Of a stretch of DNA of 32,000 nucleotides, positions 1 to 9,105 are shown one piece after another. The stretch comes from Archaeoglobus fulgidus DSM 4304 (GTDB lineage Archaea > Halobacteriota > Archaeoglobi > Archaeoglobales > Archaeoglobaceae). The notes beneath the pieces were generated by a model that worked only from the letters and a program-made list of their open reading frames with translations, did no database searches and was not told the DNA's origin. The number at the start of each line of letters is the position of its first letter. Position 1 is the stretch's first letter. A program made the position numbers and the translations under genes. The DNA lies in contig NC_000917.1 in the NCBI RefSeq assembly GCF_000008665.1, positions 1,470,001-1,502,000 on the forward strand, read 5' to 3'.

Positions 1-83
1 CAATCCCGCTGGAGGAGCATGCAAAGCAGCATCCGGAGCTACAGGCCGCTCTGGAGAAGTGGGGCAGGGTTACGCCAATCTAA
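1..83 (+). CDS. 3' end of a CDS entering from the left edge (tail ...IPLEEHAKQHPELQAALEKWGRVTPI*), function unknown
   Basis: Open frame from the window edge to TAA at 81-83 with protein-like composition; too short to assign. Confidence 0.55.
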   Translation, partial: IPLEEHAKQHPELQAALEKWGRVTPI

Positions 84-98
84 AATTTTTTAAATTTT

Positions 99-1085
99 TT
101 GAGTACTTTTACCGTGAACTGGAAAAAATTCCTTGAAGAGTTACCGGCAGGGGTAGCAATTCTGGATGAGAATTTCAACGTTTTACTGCTTAACAGCAGA
201 ATAGCTGAAAAGACCGGCCTGACAGCTGAAACCGTGAAAAATCCTCTGCAAACCGTGCATCCCGAAGACCTACCGAAGGCTATGGAAGCGTTTGGAAAAA
301 TCAGAGCGGGAAAAGAAGATGAGGTTGAATACCCCCTCCTCCTAAGGGTTGTAAGAAAGGGCGGTTACCAGTGGAACGAGATAAGGTGGAAGGTTGTTGA
401 GGATGGGGGGAAGAGGTACTATTTGTTTGTATTCACCGATGTTACCCAAAGGATTGAAATGCAGAAAAGGATCGAAGACCTTCTCGAGTACGTCAGGCTG
501 CTCAACAGCATTTTGAGGCACGACATTCTGAACATTTTAACCACGATAAGCTCCTACGCTGAACTGCTGGAGGATGGGTTCAACAGGAAGTTTCTGGACA
601 AGATAAAGGAGGCGGTATCCAAAGGAGTTGAGCTTATAAAGAAAATCCGTGAGCTTGAAACCTCAACAAGTGAGAGTCTGAGGCCCTTTAATCTGAGGGA
701 TGTCATCGAAGAGGCTGCGAAGGGATACGATGTTGAGGTTATTGTTGAGGGCAACGCTTCGGTTCTCGCAAACGACGGAATTTACAGCGTATTTGAGAAC
801 CTAATAGGAAACTCCGTGAAGCACGGAGGGGCAGGCAGAATAGAGGTTAAGATTGAAGCGTCAGACCGGGTTTACGTGGCATACAGGGATGATGGGACAG
901 GAATTCCGATAAATGTTGTGGACAGAGTGTTTGAGAAAGGGTTTTCCACGGCAGGAAGCACGGGAATGGGGCTTTTTATCGTAAAGAAGCTTGTGGAGAG
1001 CTTTGGAGGTGAAATCAGGCTTGAGAATTCGAACAGGGGGGCGAGGTTCGTCCTGACCTTCCCCTTACTCGAAAATCGAACCTAA
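99..1085 (+). CDS. Soluble PAS-domain sensor histidine kinase
   Basis: 328 aa; N-terminal PAS-like region, H-box LNSILRHDILNILTTISSYAELLE, N/G boxes FENLIGNSVKHGG, DDGTGIP, GMGLFIVKKLVESFGG. TTG start at 99; GTG at about 114 is an alternative. Confidence 0.9.
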   Translation: MSTFTVNWKKFLEELPAGVAILDENFNVLLLNSRIAEKTGLTAETVKNPLQTVHPEDLPKAMEAFGKIRAGKEDEVEYPLLLRVVRKGGYQWNEIRWKVVEDGGKRYYLFVFTDVTQRIEMQKRIEDLLEYVRLLNSILRHDILNILTTISSYAELLEDGFNRKFLDKIKEAVSKGVELIKKIRELETSTSESLRPFNLRDVIEEAAKGYDVEVIVEGNASVLANDGIYSVFENLIGNSVKHGGAGRIEVKIEASDRVYVAYRDDGTGIPINVVDRVFEKGFSTAGSTGMGLFIVKKLVESFGGEIRLENSNRGARFVLTFPLLENRT

Positions 1086-1116
1086 ATTTTTTATTCTTTT
1101 AAACATTGTGTTGTTC

Positions 1117-1629
1117 ATGGTTGTGAAAAAGCAGATGACGAGGAAGTTTTTGGAGGATGCCTTTGCTGGAGAAAGCCAGGCACACATGCGCTACATGATT
1201 TTCGCAGATGTGGCGGAGAATGAAGGATATCCGAAAATTGCAAAGCTTTTCAGGGCTATTGCCTTTGCAGAGCTCGTTCACGCGAGGAATCACTACAGAG
1301 CTCTGGGCAATGTCGGCAGCACGGTCGACAATCTTCAGAAGGCGATTGAGGGTGAGAGCTACGAGGTTGAGGAGATGTATCCCGTTTTCAACAACGCCGC
1401 AAAGTTCCAGGGGGAGAGCGAAGCTGAAAAGTCCACCTATTACGCCCTGTCGGCAGAGAAAATCCACGAGGAGCTTTACAGGAAGGCTAAAGAGCTTGCG
1501 AGTCAGGAAAAAGACATGGAGCTTGAAAAGGTCTTCATCTGCCCCGTCTGCGGTTTCACGGCGGTTGATGAGGCGCCTGAATTCTGCCCAGTTTGCGGCA
1601 CAAAGAGGGAAATGTTTGTTGAATTTTAG
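1117..1629 (+). CDS. Rubrerythrin (diiron domain plus C-terminal rubredoxin-like domain)
   Basis: ORF 1108..1629, ATG at 1117. AFAGESQAHMRY, EEMYPVF, ALSAEKIHEELY diiron ligand patterns and CPVCGFTAVDEAPEFCPVCG iron site. Confidence 0.93.
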   Translation: MVVKKQMTRKFLEDAFAGESQAHMRYMIFADVAENEGYPKIAKLFRAIAFAELVHARNHYRALGNVGSTVDNLQKAIEGESYEVEEMYPVFNNAAKFQGESEAEKSTYYALSAEKIHEELYRKAKELASQEKDMELEKVFICPVCGFTAVDEAPEFCPVCGTKREMFVEF

Positions 1630-1663
1630 TTTTATTTTTTGGCTTTATCGTTACCACTCCTTT

Positions 1664-2428
1664 TCATTCCCACATCGGCTCCCTTTTCTCAAAGAAGGCC
1701 CTTATCCCCTCTTTAGCATCTTCCGTGGAGCTGTACAGTGAAATGGACTCTGTTGCAAAGGCCAATGCCTGAAAGTCCTCCATAAATAGCTGCTTGTAGA
1801 AGAACCTCTTTCCCGATTCAAGGACATTTAGGCTGTATCTCGCAACACTTTCGGCAAGCTTCATGGTTTCCTCCTCAAGCTTTTCATCCTCAACAACCCT
1901 GTTTACGAGCCCGAACTGCAAAGCTTCATCAGCAGTAATGAATTCCCCCGTGAAGCCCATCTCAAAGGCTTTCTTCCGTCCAACCGCTCTGCTTACGAAG
2001 GCTATTGGCGTGTAGCAGAAGAGGCCTATTTTTACACCGGGAGTTGCAAAGAGGGCGGATTTTGCCGCTACAGCCATATCGCAAGCTGCTACGAGTTGAC
2101 AGCCTGCGGCAGTGGCAACACCCTGAACCATGGCGATGTAGGGCTGAGGTGCATCTCTAATGGCGAGCATCGCCCTGTAGCACTGGTTGAAGAGTTTCTC
2201 AACCTCTATCGGATGCCTGTCGAGAATCTCTTTGAGGTCGTGCCCGGAGGAGAAAGCCCTTCCCTCTCCCCTAATTACTACGACTCTCACAAGCCTTTCC
2301 TCGGATATTTTCCTTATCAGGTCTTCAAGCTCTTGAAGAAGTTCGAGAGACAGAGCGTTTCTGGTTTCGGGCCGGTTTAGTGAAATTATCCCGACTTTCC
2401 CCCTTTCCTGGTACTTCAGATTTTTCAT
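1664..2428 (-). CDS. Enoyl-CoA hydratase/isomerase (crotonase) family protein
   Basis: 254 aa; RPETRNALSLELLQEL, GRAFSSGHDLKEI, GVATAAGCQLVAACDMAVA crotonase signatures. Confidence 0.9.
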   Translation of the reverse strand: MKNLKYQERGKVGIISLNRPETRNALSLELLQELEDLIRKISEERLVRVVVIRGEGRAFSSGHDLKEILDRHPIEVEKLFNQCYRAMLAIRDAPQPYIAMVQGVATAAGCQLVAACDMAVAAKSALFATPGVKIGLFCYTPIAFVSRAVGRKKAFEMGFTGEFITADEALQFGLVNRVVEDEKLEEETMKLAESVARYSLNVLESGKRFFYKQLFMEDFQALAFATESISLYSSTEDAKEGIRAFFEKREPMWE

Positions 2429-2459
2429 GAATGGATAAGGTTATGATTAATTAAAAAAC

Positions 2460-3695
2460 TTACTGAAGGATGCTGAAAAGCTCCTCCTCAGCCACAACAA
2501 CCTGCTCCTGCGTTTCGAGGTTCTTTATCGCAACTCTCCCACTCTTAACCTCATCCGGGCCGAGTATGACCGCATACTTTACCCCCATTTCGCTGGCAAA
2601 GCTCATCTGCTTTTTCAGATTTCTCCCCATCACATCGACAACAGCAGTGAAGCCCCTTTCCCTCAGCATGCTTGCAACCCTGAAGGCCTGGCTTTCCAGC
2701 CCCTTAAAGGAGACGACGGCAACAACACTCTTTTCTCCCGCTTCAACGCTGCAAGCCTCACAAACCCTGTCAAAGCCTATAGCGAATCCCGTCGAAGGAG
2801 TTACAGGCCCGCCGAAAAGTGAGGAAAGCTCGTAGCTCCCTCCACCGCAAACCTGCTTCTGCGCTCCGAGCCCTTCAGCGTAGCACTCAAATACGACGCC
2901 CGTGTAGTAGTCGAGCCCCCTCGCTATTCCGAGGTTGAGCGTGAAGTCCACGCCAACATCTCTGAGAAGTGCGGAAAGACTCTCAAGATGCCCGAAGTCG
3001 TAGTCAATAATCTCCTTGGCCTCTTCAATAACCGACTCGTCTCCCTTTAGCTCAAGCAGGCTGAAGATTTTGTCCCTCAAATCTTCATTGACCCTGATTT
3101 CGGCAAGGTAGCTTTCAAGCCCCTCCCTGTCCCCCTTATCAATCAGCCTCATCACCTTTGAAGCCCTATCCTCACCGATGGGCTTCAGGAGGTGCCTCAT
3201 GATGCCGACGTGGCCTATTTCAAGGCTGAAATTCACTCCCACATCTTTCAGGATTTTATCTGCAAGGATTATGACTTCAGCATCTGCGAGGTACGATTCA
3301 GAACCAATCAGCTCAACGCCGAACTGCCAGAATTCTCGATACCTTCCCTTCTGCGGCCTCTCGTAGCGGAAGCAGTTTGCGAAGTAGTAAAAGCGGAGGG
3401 GCTTTGGCATCACGCTGCACTCGTTTACAAACATCCTCATTACCGGAGCGGTAAGCTCAGGCCTTAGAGCGAGGTCTCTGCCAGATTTGTCCTTGAAAAC
3501 GTACATCTCCTCAATAATCCCCTCCCCGGACTTCCTCGTGAAAAGCTCGAGGTACTCGAAAGTTGGCGTTGCAACCTCCCTGTATCCGAAGCTCTCGGCG
3601 ATTTTTCTCATTCGCTTCTCTATTTCTCTCCTTCTCTCCATCTCGTCAGGAAGAAAATCTCTCGTGCCTCTGGGTCGTTCGATTTTCACGCTCAA
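2460..3695 (-). CDS. hisS: Histidyl-tRNA synthetase
   Basis: 411 aa; PRGTRDFLPDEMERR, class II motif 2 (RFYYFANCFRYERPQKGRYREFWQFGVE), ARGLDYYTGVVFE and C-terminal anticodon-binding domain. Start TTG 3695 or GTG 3689. Confidence 0.96.
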   Translation of the reverse strand: MSVKIERPRGTRDFLPDEMERRREIEKRMRKIAESFGYREVATPTFEYLELFTRKSGEGIIEEMYVFKDKSGRDLALRPELTAPVMRMFVNECSVMPKPLRFYYFANCFRYERPQKGRYREFWQFGVELIGSESYLADAEVIILADKILKDVGVNFSLEIGHVGIMRHLLKPIGEDRASKVMRLIDKGDREGLESYLAEIRVNEDLRDKIFSLLELKGDESVIEEAKEIIDYDFGHLESLSALLRDVGVDFTLNLGIARGLDYYTGVVFECYAEGLGAQKQVCGGGSYELSSLFGGPVTPSTGFAIGFDRVCEACSVEAGEKSVVAVVSFKGLESQAFRVASMLRERGFTAVVDVMGRNLKKQMSFASEMGVKYAVILGPDEVKSGRVAIKNLETQEQVVVAEEELFSILQ

Positions 3696-3790
3696 GCTTC
3701 GGCAAGGGTGTTTAAAAGGTTTTAGAGTTGAGCGAATTTGTGGGCATAAAAACTCAAAAAAACTTTATTTGTTTGAAGCGCACATTCAGC

Positions 3791-5020
3791 ATGAACCTCC
3801 GCGATGCAATCTCCGTTGCGAATCCGGTTCAACTTGAGGAGGAAATAAAACACGATGAGGTAGTATCTTTCCTCAAATCGAAAAATCTGCTTGATAAGCC
3901 CGTAATTCTTAACGTTGAGGGGAAGAAGGTTGCCAAGAATTTTGTTTCGTCGAGGGAAACCCTTGGAAAGTATCTGGGTGTTGACGCTTACAGCATCGCC
4001 AGAGAGCTGTCCAAAATCGAGGACAGAGAAGCTGAGATTCGCGTTGAGCCCTTTTCATCTCTTGCGATGAAGAAGGTTGACGTCAACCTTCAGGAGCTTC
4101 CCGTCATCAAGTATTTCCCCCGCGATGGGGGGAGGTACATCACGGCCGGAATCGTTATAGCTCAGAGAAATGGCGTTTACAATGCCAGCATCCACCGAAT
4201 GCTCCTTCTTGATGAAAGTAGAGTTGCAGCCCGCCTTGTACCCCCGAGACACACTTATCTTATGTGGAGGGAGGCTGTTGAGCGGGAAGAGGAGCTTGAG
4301 GTGGCTGTTGTTATAGGCACCCACCCCCTCTTCCTCTTCGCCTCTGCCACAAGAGTTCCCTCAGGGAAGGAGTTCAGCTATGCTGCAGGCTTAATGGGGA
4401 GACTAACTCTCTACAGAAAAGGTGAGATGCTCGTTCCCGACTCCGAGATAATCCTCTTTGGCAGAATCACGGCTGAGACAGCTAAGGAAGGGCCTTTTGT
4501 TGACATCACGGGCACCTACGATATTGTGAGAGACGAGCCGGTCATAGTTTTCGACGAGATGTACGTAAAGGAGGATTACATCTACTACTCAATAACCCCC
4601 GCAGGAAAGGAGCACCAGATGCTCATGGGTGTGCCTTACGAGCCGGTCATTTACAGATTCGTCTCCAACGTGTGCAAGGTTAAGAACGTCATAACCACTC
4701 CGGGAAGCTGCCACTACTTCCACTGCGTGGTTCAGATTGAAAAGAAGTCTGAAGGAGACGGAAAAAATGCAATAATAGCTGCGCTCGCAGCGAATCCGAG
4801 CATGAAGGGTGTTGTGGTTGTTGATGACGACATCGACATTCTCAGCTACGAGGACATGGAGTTCGCCATTGCAACGAGATTTCAGCCGGATAGGGATCTG
4901 GTGGTGGTGAAGGGAGCGAGGGGCAGCAGCCTCGACCCCTCTGCCGACAAAACAACCTCAAAGTGGGGCATAGATGCCACAAAGCCCCTGGGAAAGGAAG
5001 GCTTCGATAGAGTTGTTTAG
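3791..5020 (+). CDS. Archaeal UbiD-family decarboxylase (possibly anhydromevalonate phosphate decarboxylase of the archaeal mevalonate pathway)
   Basis: ORF 3728..5020, likely ATG at 3791. IVIAQRNGVYNASIHRMLL, VVIGTHPLFLFASAT, GPFVDITGTYD, VVVVDDDIDI, DPSADKTTSKWGIDATKP are UbiD-family motifs. Confidence 0.85.
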   Translation: MNLRDAISVANPVQLEEEIKHDEVVSFLKSKNLLDKPVILNVEGKKVAKNFVSSRETLGKYLGVDAYSIARELSKIEDREAEIRVEPFSSLAMKKVDVNLQELPVIKYFPRDGGRYITAGIVIAQRNGVYNASIHRMLLLDESRVAARLVPPRHTYLMWREAVEREEELEVAVVIGTHPLFLFASATRVPSGKEFSYAAGLMGRLTLYRKGEMLVPDSEIILFGRITAETAKEGPFVDITGTYDIVRDEPVIVFDEMYVKEDYIYYSITPAGKEHQMLMGVPYEPVIYRFVSNVCKVKNVITTPGSCHYFHCVVQIEKKSEGDGKNAIIAALAANPSMKGVVVVDDDIDILSYEDMEFAIATRFQPDRDLVVVKGARGSSLDPSADKTTSKWGIDATKPLGKEGFDRVV

Positions 5021-5055
5021 CAAAGGGTTAAAAGGCTAAGAATAAAGGTGTGCCA

Positions 5056-6372
5056 ATGGAGGTTGAAAGAGACCTCGAAATGCTGGAGGATGGAAAGTTC
5101 AGATATTTTCAGAAAGCAGAAGATGAGCTTAGAGAGCTCTATTACGATTACAAGTGGTGTAATGGATGTGGAATTTGTGTTTATGCCTGCCCTGTCAACG
5201 CAATCGAGCTTGGGCCCGTTCACGATATCGCGATAGGGCTCGACATGCCCCCTGTGATTATAGACCACCTCAAATGCGCCTACTGCGGAATCTGCTACTC
5301 CTTCTGCCCATTCAACGCCCTTGATTTTTACATCAATGGAGAGAGGGTGGATAAATCTTCTCTAACTCTCTCGCCCGTGATGTACACCTACAAGTACGAG
5401 ACATGCAGAGAGTGCACACTCTGCTACAAGGTCTGCCCCACCAATGCCATTAAGAGGGAAGTAAAGATTACACGCCAGCAGATTGAGGAGAAGAACGAGG
5501 GGATTGAGGGGAAGGTTGAGATTGACAGGGATAAGTGCAATTTGTGCGGAATATGTGCAGAATTCTGCGAAGTTTTCAAGATGGTTGAGAAGGAGCCGCA
5601 CCCTGAGGATGTGATGCCCTACTCAGACATTCTGATTGACGAAACTGCCTGCGACTACTGCAAGCTCTGTGAAGAGGTTTGCCCTGAGGAGGCCATAAAG
5701 GTTGAGGGGAAGAGAATATCCTTCCAGCTTCCCGAAAAAATTGCCGAGATAACCATTGATCAGGAGCTATGCTCTCACTGCTCCTACTGCGAGGAGGTTT
5801 GCCCATACGATGCTGCGAAAACCATAAAGCCGATGGAAGGGAAGCTCGAGCTTTTTGAGGCGAGAATGGCTCGCTGCGATCCAGTAGGATGTGCAGCCTG
5901 CATAATAATCTGCAAGCACAACAGGGTTTGGTACGTTTCGAAGGATAAGGGAAGGGTGCACTTCAACGAGAAGTTCTGCATTTACTGCGGTGCGTGCGAG
6001 AATGCCTGCCCGTATGACCTGATAAAGGTCACAAGAAAGAGCTACTTCACCAAGGAGGTTGCAACAGACGCTCCCTGGAGAGAAGCTTGGGAGGAGGCTG
6101 TTGAGAGAATTGTGGAGAAGAGTAGAGTCGAGGAGCCGTTCAAGTTCTTCATAGAGGAGGAGGAGCTTGAGGTTGAGGAGGAGGAGCTTGTTGTTCAGCC
6201 AGTTGATGAGTTAAGGCTGAAGGCACTCCAGGAGAGAATCGGAGTTTTGGAGAATGTCTTAAAAAAGGCGAGGTATAGAAGGGCTCTGGAGAGCGGGGAT
6301 TCAGAGGTGTTTGTGAGAGGTGTTAAGCGTGCACTTGGAGAGGATAAGGGGGAGGAGAAGCAGAAAGCTTGA
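5056..6372 (+). CDS. Polyferredoxin with about eight [4Fe-4S] motifs
   Basis: ORF 5050..6372 (GTG 5050 or ATG 5056). Successive CNGCGICVYACP, CAYCGICYSFCP, CRECTLCYKVCP, CNLCGICAEFCE, CDYCKLCEEVCP, CSHCSYCEEVCP, CDPVGCAACIIICK, CIYCGACENACP motifs; acidic C-terminal tail. Confidence 0.9.
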   Translation: MEVERDLEMLEDGKFRYFQKAEDELRELYYDYKWCNGCGICVYACPVNAIELGPVHDIAIGLDMPPVIIDHLKCAYCGICYSFCPFNALDFYINGERVDKSSLTLSPVMYTYKYETCRECTLCYKVCPTNAIKREVKITRQQIEEKNEGIEGKVEIDRDKCNLCGICAEFCEVFKMVEKEPHPEDVMPYSDILIDETACDYCKLCEEVCPEEAIKVEGKRISFQLPEKIAEITIDQELCSHCSYCEEVCPYDAAKTIKPMEGKLELFEARMARCDPVGCAACIIICKHNRVWYVSKDKGRVHFNEKFCIYCGACENACPYDLIKVTRKSYFTKEVATDAPWREAWEEAVERIVEKSRVEEPFKFFIEEEELEVEEEELVVQPVDELRLKALQERIGVLENVLKKARYRRALESGDSEVFVRGVKRALGEDKGEEKQKA

Positions 6373-7534
6373 GAGGAAAAAGATAGTACTCGGTGTTACG
6401 GGCAGCATTGCGGCAGTTGAGACGGTTAAGCTTGCAAGGGAGCTTGTTAGGAGAGGGGCTGACGTTACAGCGGTGATGAGCAGGGCTGCAAGGAAAATTA
6501 TTCATCCCTACGCTCTCGAGTTTGCCACGGGGAAGAGAGTGGTCACGGAGATAACGGGGAGCATAGAGCACGTCAACCTCCTCGGGGAGTACGGGGATGC
6601 GGACCTGTTTCTGATTGCACCCTGCACGGCCAACACCATCTCCAAGATTGCTCAGGGAATTGACGACACACCCGTCACGACCTTCGCAACAACAGCTTTG
6701 GGCTCAGGGAAGCCGATAATAATCGTCCCTGCGATGCACGAGGCCATGATGAGAAACAAGGCAGTTCTGGAGAACATTCAGAGGCTAATTGACATGGGCA
6801 TCGAGTTCGTCCAGCCAAGGATAGAGGAGGGGAAGGCAAAGTTCCCAAGCACTGAAACGATCTGTCTGCACGTGGAGAGGGAGCTTTATCCGAAGGAAAT
6901 GAAGGGGAAGAGGGTTGTTGTAACTTCCGGTCCAACTTACGAGCAGATCGACCCGATAAGGTTCATCAGCAACAAAAGCTCGGGCAGAATGGGGCTTGAG
7001 ATAGCCCTTGAATTCTGGAGGAGAGGGGCGGATGTTGTACACGTAACCTCAAAGCCCTCCGGCATGAGCCTGCCGAATTACAAGGAGATAAGGGTGTGGT
7101 CGGTAGAGGACATGATGAAGGCGGTTCTTTACGAAATCGGAAAGGGATGCGACCTGTTTGTATCCTCCGCCGCTGCGGCAGACTTCATCGTTGACGCGGA
7201 AGCGAAGAAGATCAAGACAGCTCCTGAGCTGGTTTTAAAGCTGAAGGAGTCTCCGAAAATCATTAAGGAAGTAAGGAAGATTTACAGCGGGCACATCATC
7301 GGCTTCAAGGCCGAAACGGGCATGAGTGATGATGAGCTCTTGAAGGTGGCATCAGAGAAGATGGCCGACGACAACCTGAACATGGTTGTTGCGAACGACG
7401 TTCTTGAGAGGGGGATGGGGACGGAAGACACTAGAGTGCTCATTTTAACTCCGAAAAGGCAGGAGTGGGTTGAGGGGCTTAAGCAGCACGTTGCAGAGAG
7501 AATTGTTGAGGCTTACCTTGAAGATTGCCTATGA
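6320..7534 (+). CDS. coaBC: Bifunctional phosphopantothenoylcysteine decarboxylase/phosphopantothenate-cysteine ligase
   Basis: VLGVTGSIAAVETVKLARELVRRGADVTAVMS flavoprotein domain, LIAPCTANTISKIAQGIDD, VVVTSGPTYEQIDPIRFISNKSSGRMG synthase domain. Start uncertain (GTG 6320/6329 or TTG 6335), overlapping the preceding gene. Confidence 0.93.
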   Translation: MLSVHLERIRGRRSRKLERKKIVLGVTGSIAAVETVKLARELVRRGADVTAVMSRAARKIIHPYALEFATGKRVVTEITGSIEHVNLLGEYGDADLFLIAPCTANTISKIAQGIDDTPVTTFATTALGSGKPIIIVPAMHEAMMRNKAVLENIQRLIDMGIEFVQPRIEEGKAKFPSTETICLHVERELYPKEMKGKRVVVTSGPTYEQIDPIRFISNKSSGRMGLEIALEFWRRGADVVHVTSKPSGMSLPNYKEIRVWSVEDMMKAVLYEIGKGCDLFVSSAAAADFIVDAEAKKIKTAPELVLKLKESPKIIKEVRKIYSGHIIGFKAETGMSDDELLKVASEKMADDNLNMVVANDVLERGMGTEDTRVLILTPKRQEWVEGLKQHVAERIVEAYLEDCL

Positions 7535-8316
7535 TTTTTGCACCTGCAAGCATAACCTGCATTTTTTCACCTCATGTTGACAGCAATCCGAAAAACTCGG
7601 GAAGCATCGGAGTGGGATTTACCATTGAAAGGGGCTTGCAAGCCTCCCCATCCAGAAAGACAACGATAAATGGGGAGGAGTGGAACTTTCCAACTCTCGA
7701 CGACGTTCTTGAAAAGGTGGGGCTGGAGGGTGTGGAGATAAAGGCTTCCCTCCCCTTCGGCTGCGGTTTTGGGATGAGTGGTGCTGCAGCCCTCGCCACT
7801 GCTGTTCTGGGTAATTTGGGCTACATTGAGGCTGCCGACATTGCCCATGTTGCAGAGGTGGAAAACTTTACGGGCCTTGGTGATGTTGTCACCCAAACCT
7901 TTGGTGGGGTGGTGGTGAGAAAGAGCGCAGCCTGCCCCTCAAGAGCAGAACTTGAGAGGTTTTTCTGGAATGCCGAGTTTGATTTTGTCGTCATGGGGGA
8001 GATTTCAACAAAGGATGTGATTGGGGACGAGCTAAAGCGGAGGAGAATCGGTGAGGCGGGAAAGCGCTGGACGAAGGAGTTTCTCAAAAAGCCCACTCTT
8101 GAGAACCTCTTCCACTGCTCCAATGGCTTTGCAAGAGAAACGGGGCTGCTGGAGCTTGTTGGCGATGCGGTGGAGGCTGTTGAGAGCGCTGGTGGTAAAG
8201 CAGCTATGGTAATGCTCGGCAAAACTGTTTTTGCGGTAAATGGGTTTGAAGCGCTGAAAGAATTTGGGGAGCCTTTCAAAGCCAGACTGGACTGCTGCGG
8301 CGTGAGGAGGTTGTGA
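7525..8316 (+). CDS. Pantoate kinase (archaeal CoA biosynthesis, GHMP superfamily)
   Basis: FAPASITCIFSPHVDSNPKNSGSIGVGFTIERG and LPFGCGFGMSGAAALATAVL GHMP motifs; directly follows and overlaps coaBC. Confidence 0.82.
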   Translation: MPMIFAPASITCIFSPHVDSNPKNSGSIGVGFTIERGLQASPSRKTTINGEEWNFPTLDDVLEKVGLEGVEIKASLPFGCGFGMSGAAALATAVLGNLGYIEAADIAHVAEVENFTGLGDVVTQTFGGVVVRKSAACPSRAELERFFWNAEFDFVVMGEISTKDVIGDELKRRRIGEAGKRWTKEFLKKPTLENLFHCSNGFARETGLLELVGDAVEAVESAGGKAAMVMLGKTVFAVNGFEALKEFGEPFKARLDCCGVRRL

Positions 8317-9089
8317 TGAAGCTGGCAGCGATTCAGTGCAGGATTGGAGATTTTGGAAGTGCTGAAAGGCTGGCGATGGCTGCGGTTGAAGGTGGGGCTG
8401 AGCTCCTGCTCTTCCCGGAGTACTTCTCGTATTCAAGACTCGCTCCAGAGGTACTGGATGAAACTCTCTCTTTTTTAAAGCGAATAAGCTCTGAGCATGG
8501 TGTTGTTGTCTCGGGAAACGCTGTGGTTGACGAAAACGGATACAGGAACAGGTCATTCCTTTTTGACAGCGGAGAGCTTATCGGAGTTCAGGACAAGATT
8601 CATCCAACGAGAGTTGAGAGGGAGCTTGGAATTCAGTGCGGGACAAAGCTTCAGGTTTTTGAGGTCAGGGGGGCCATGATAAGCACTTTAGTTTGTGCCG
8701 ATATTCTGTATCCAGAAATATGCAGGGTTGCCGCCCTTAAGGGGGCTGAAATCGTCCTTAATCCCGTTGTTTCCTTCAGAAAATCCGAGCTGCCGGGTGA
8801 GGAGTACAGGTACTGCCTTTACTTCACCCGCTCCTTCGACAACGCCTACGCAATAGTCAAGGCTGGGGGGGTTGGCACAACCTTCACTGGCAGTGAAGCG
8901 GTGGGAAGAAGCCTCATCGCCAGCTTCGACGGCATTCTGGCGAGGTTCAGGGATGAGAATGCTGAGGAAGTTGTGATTGCTGATGTTGATTTGAAAAGGA
9001 TAAGGGAGTACAAGACGATAAACTACTCCCTCGTTGACAGAAATGTCAGGGCATACGAAGAGTTGCTGAACAAAAATTTTAAATCATAA
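8313..9089 (+). CDS. Carbon-nitrogen hydrolase (nitrilase superfamily)
   Basis: 258 aa; Glu/Lys/Cys contexts LLFPEYFS, QDKIHPTRVE, LVCADILYPE. Confidence 0.88.
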   Translation: MMKLAAIQCRIGDFGSAERLAMAAVEGGAELLLFPEYFSYSRLAPEVLDETLSFLKRISSEHGVVVSGNAVVDENGYRNRSFLFDSGELIGVQDKIHPTRVERELGIQCGTKLQVFEVRGAMISTLVCADILYPEICRVAALKGAEIVLNPVVSFRKSELPGEEYRYCLYFTRSFDNAYAIVKAGGVGTTFTGSEAVGRSLIASFDGILARFRDENAEEVVIADVDLKRIREYKTINYSLVDRNVRAYEELLNKNFKS

Positions 9090-9105
9090 TCATCTTTCAA
9101 GTTTC

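Noticed and set aside
5050-6372. Tandem ferredoxin motifs considered as an unstable DNA repeat
   Set aside because: The motif copies differ in sequence and spacing, so this is an ancient domain repetition, not a nucleotide-level tandem repeat.
8032-8556. 174 aa antisense ORF across pantoate kinase and nitrilase genes
   Set aside because: No family features; overlaps two supported genes.
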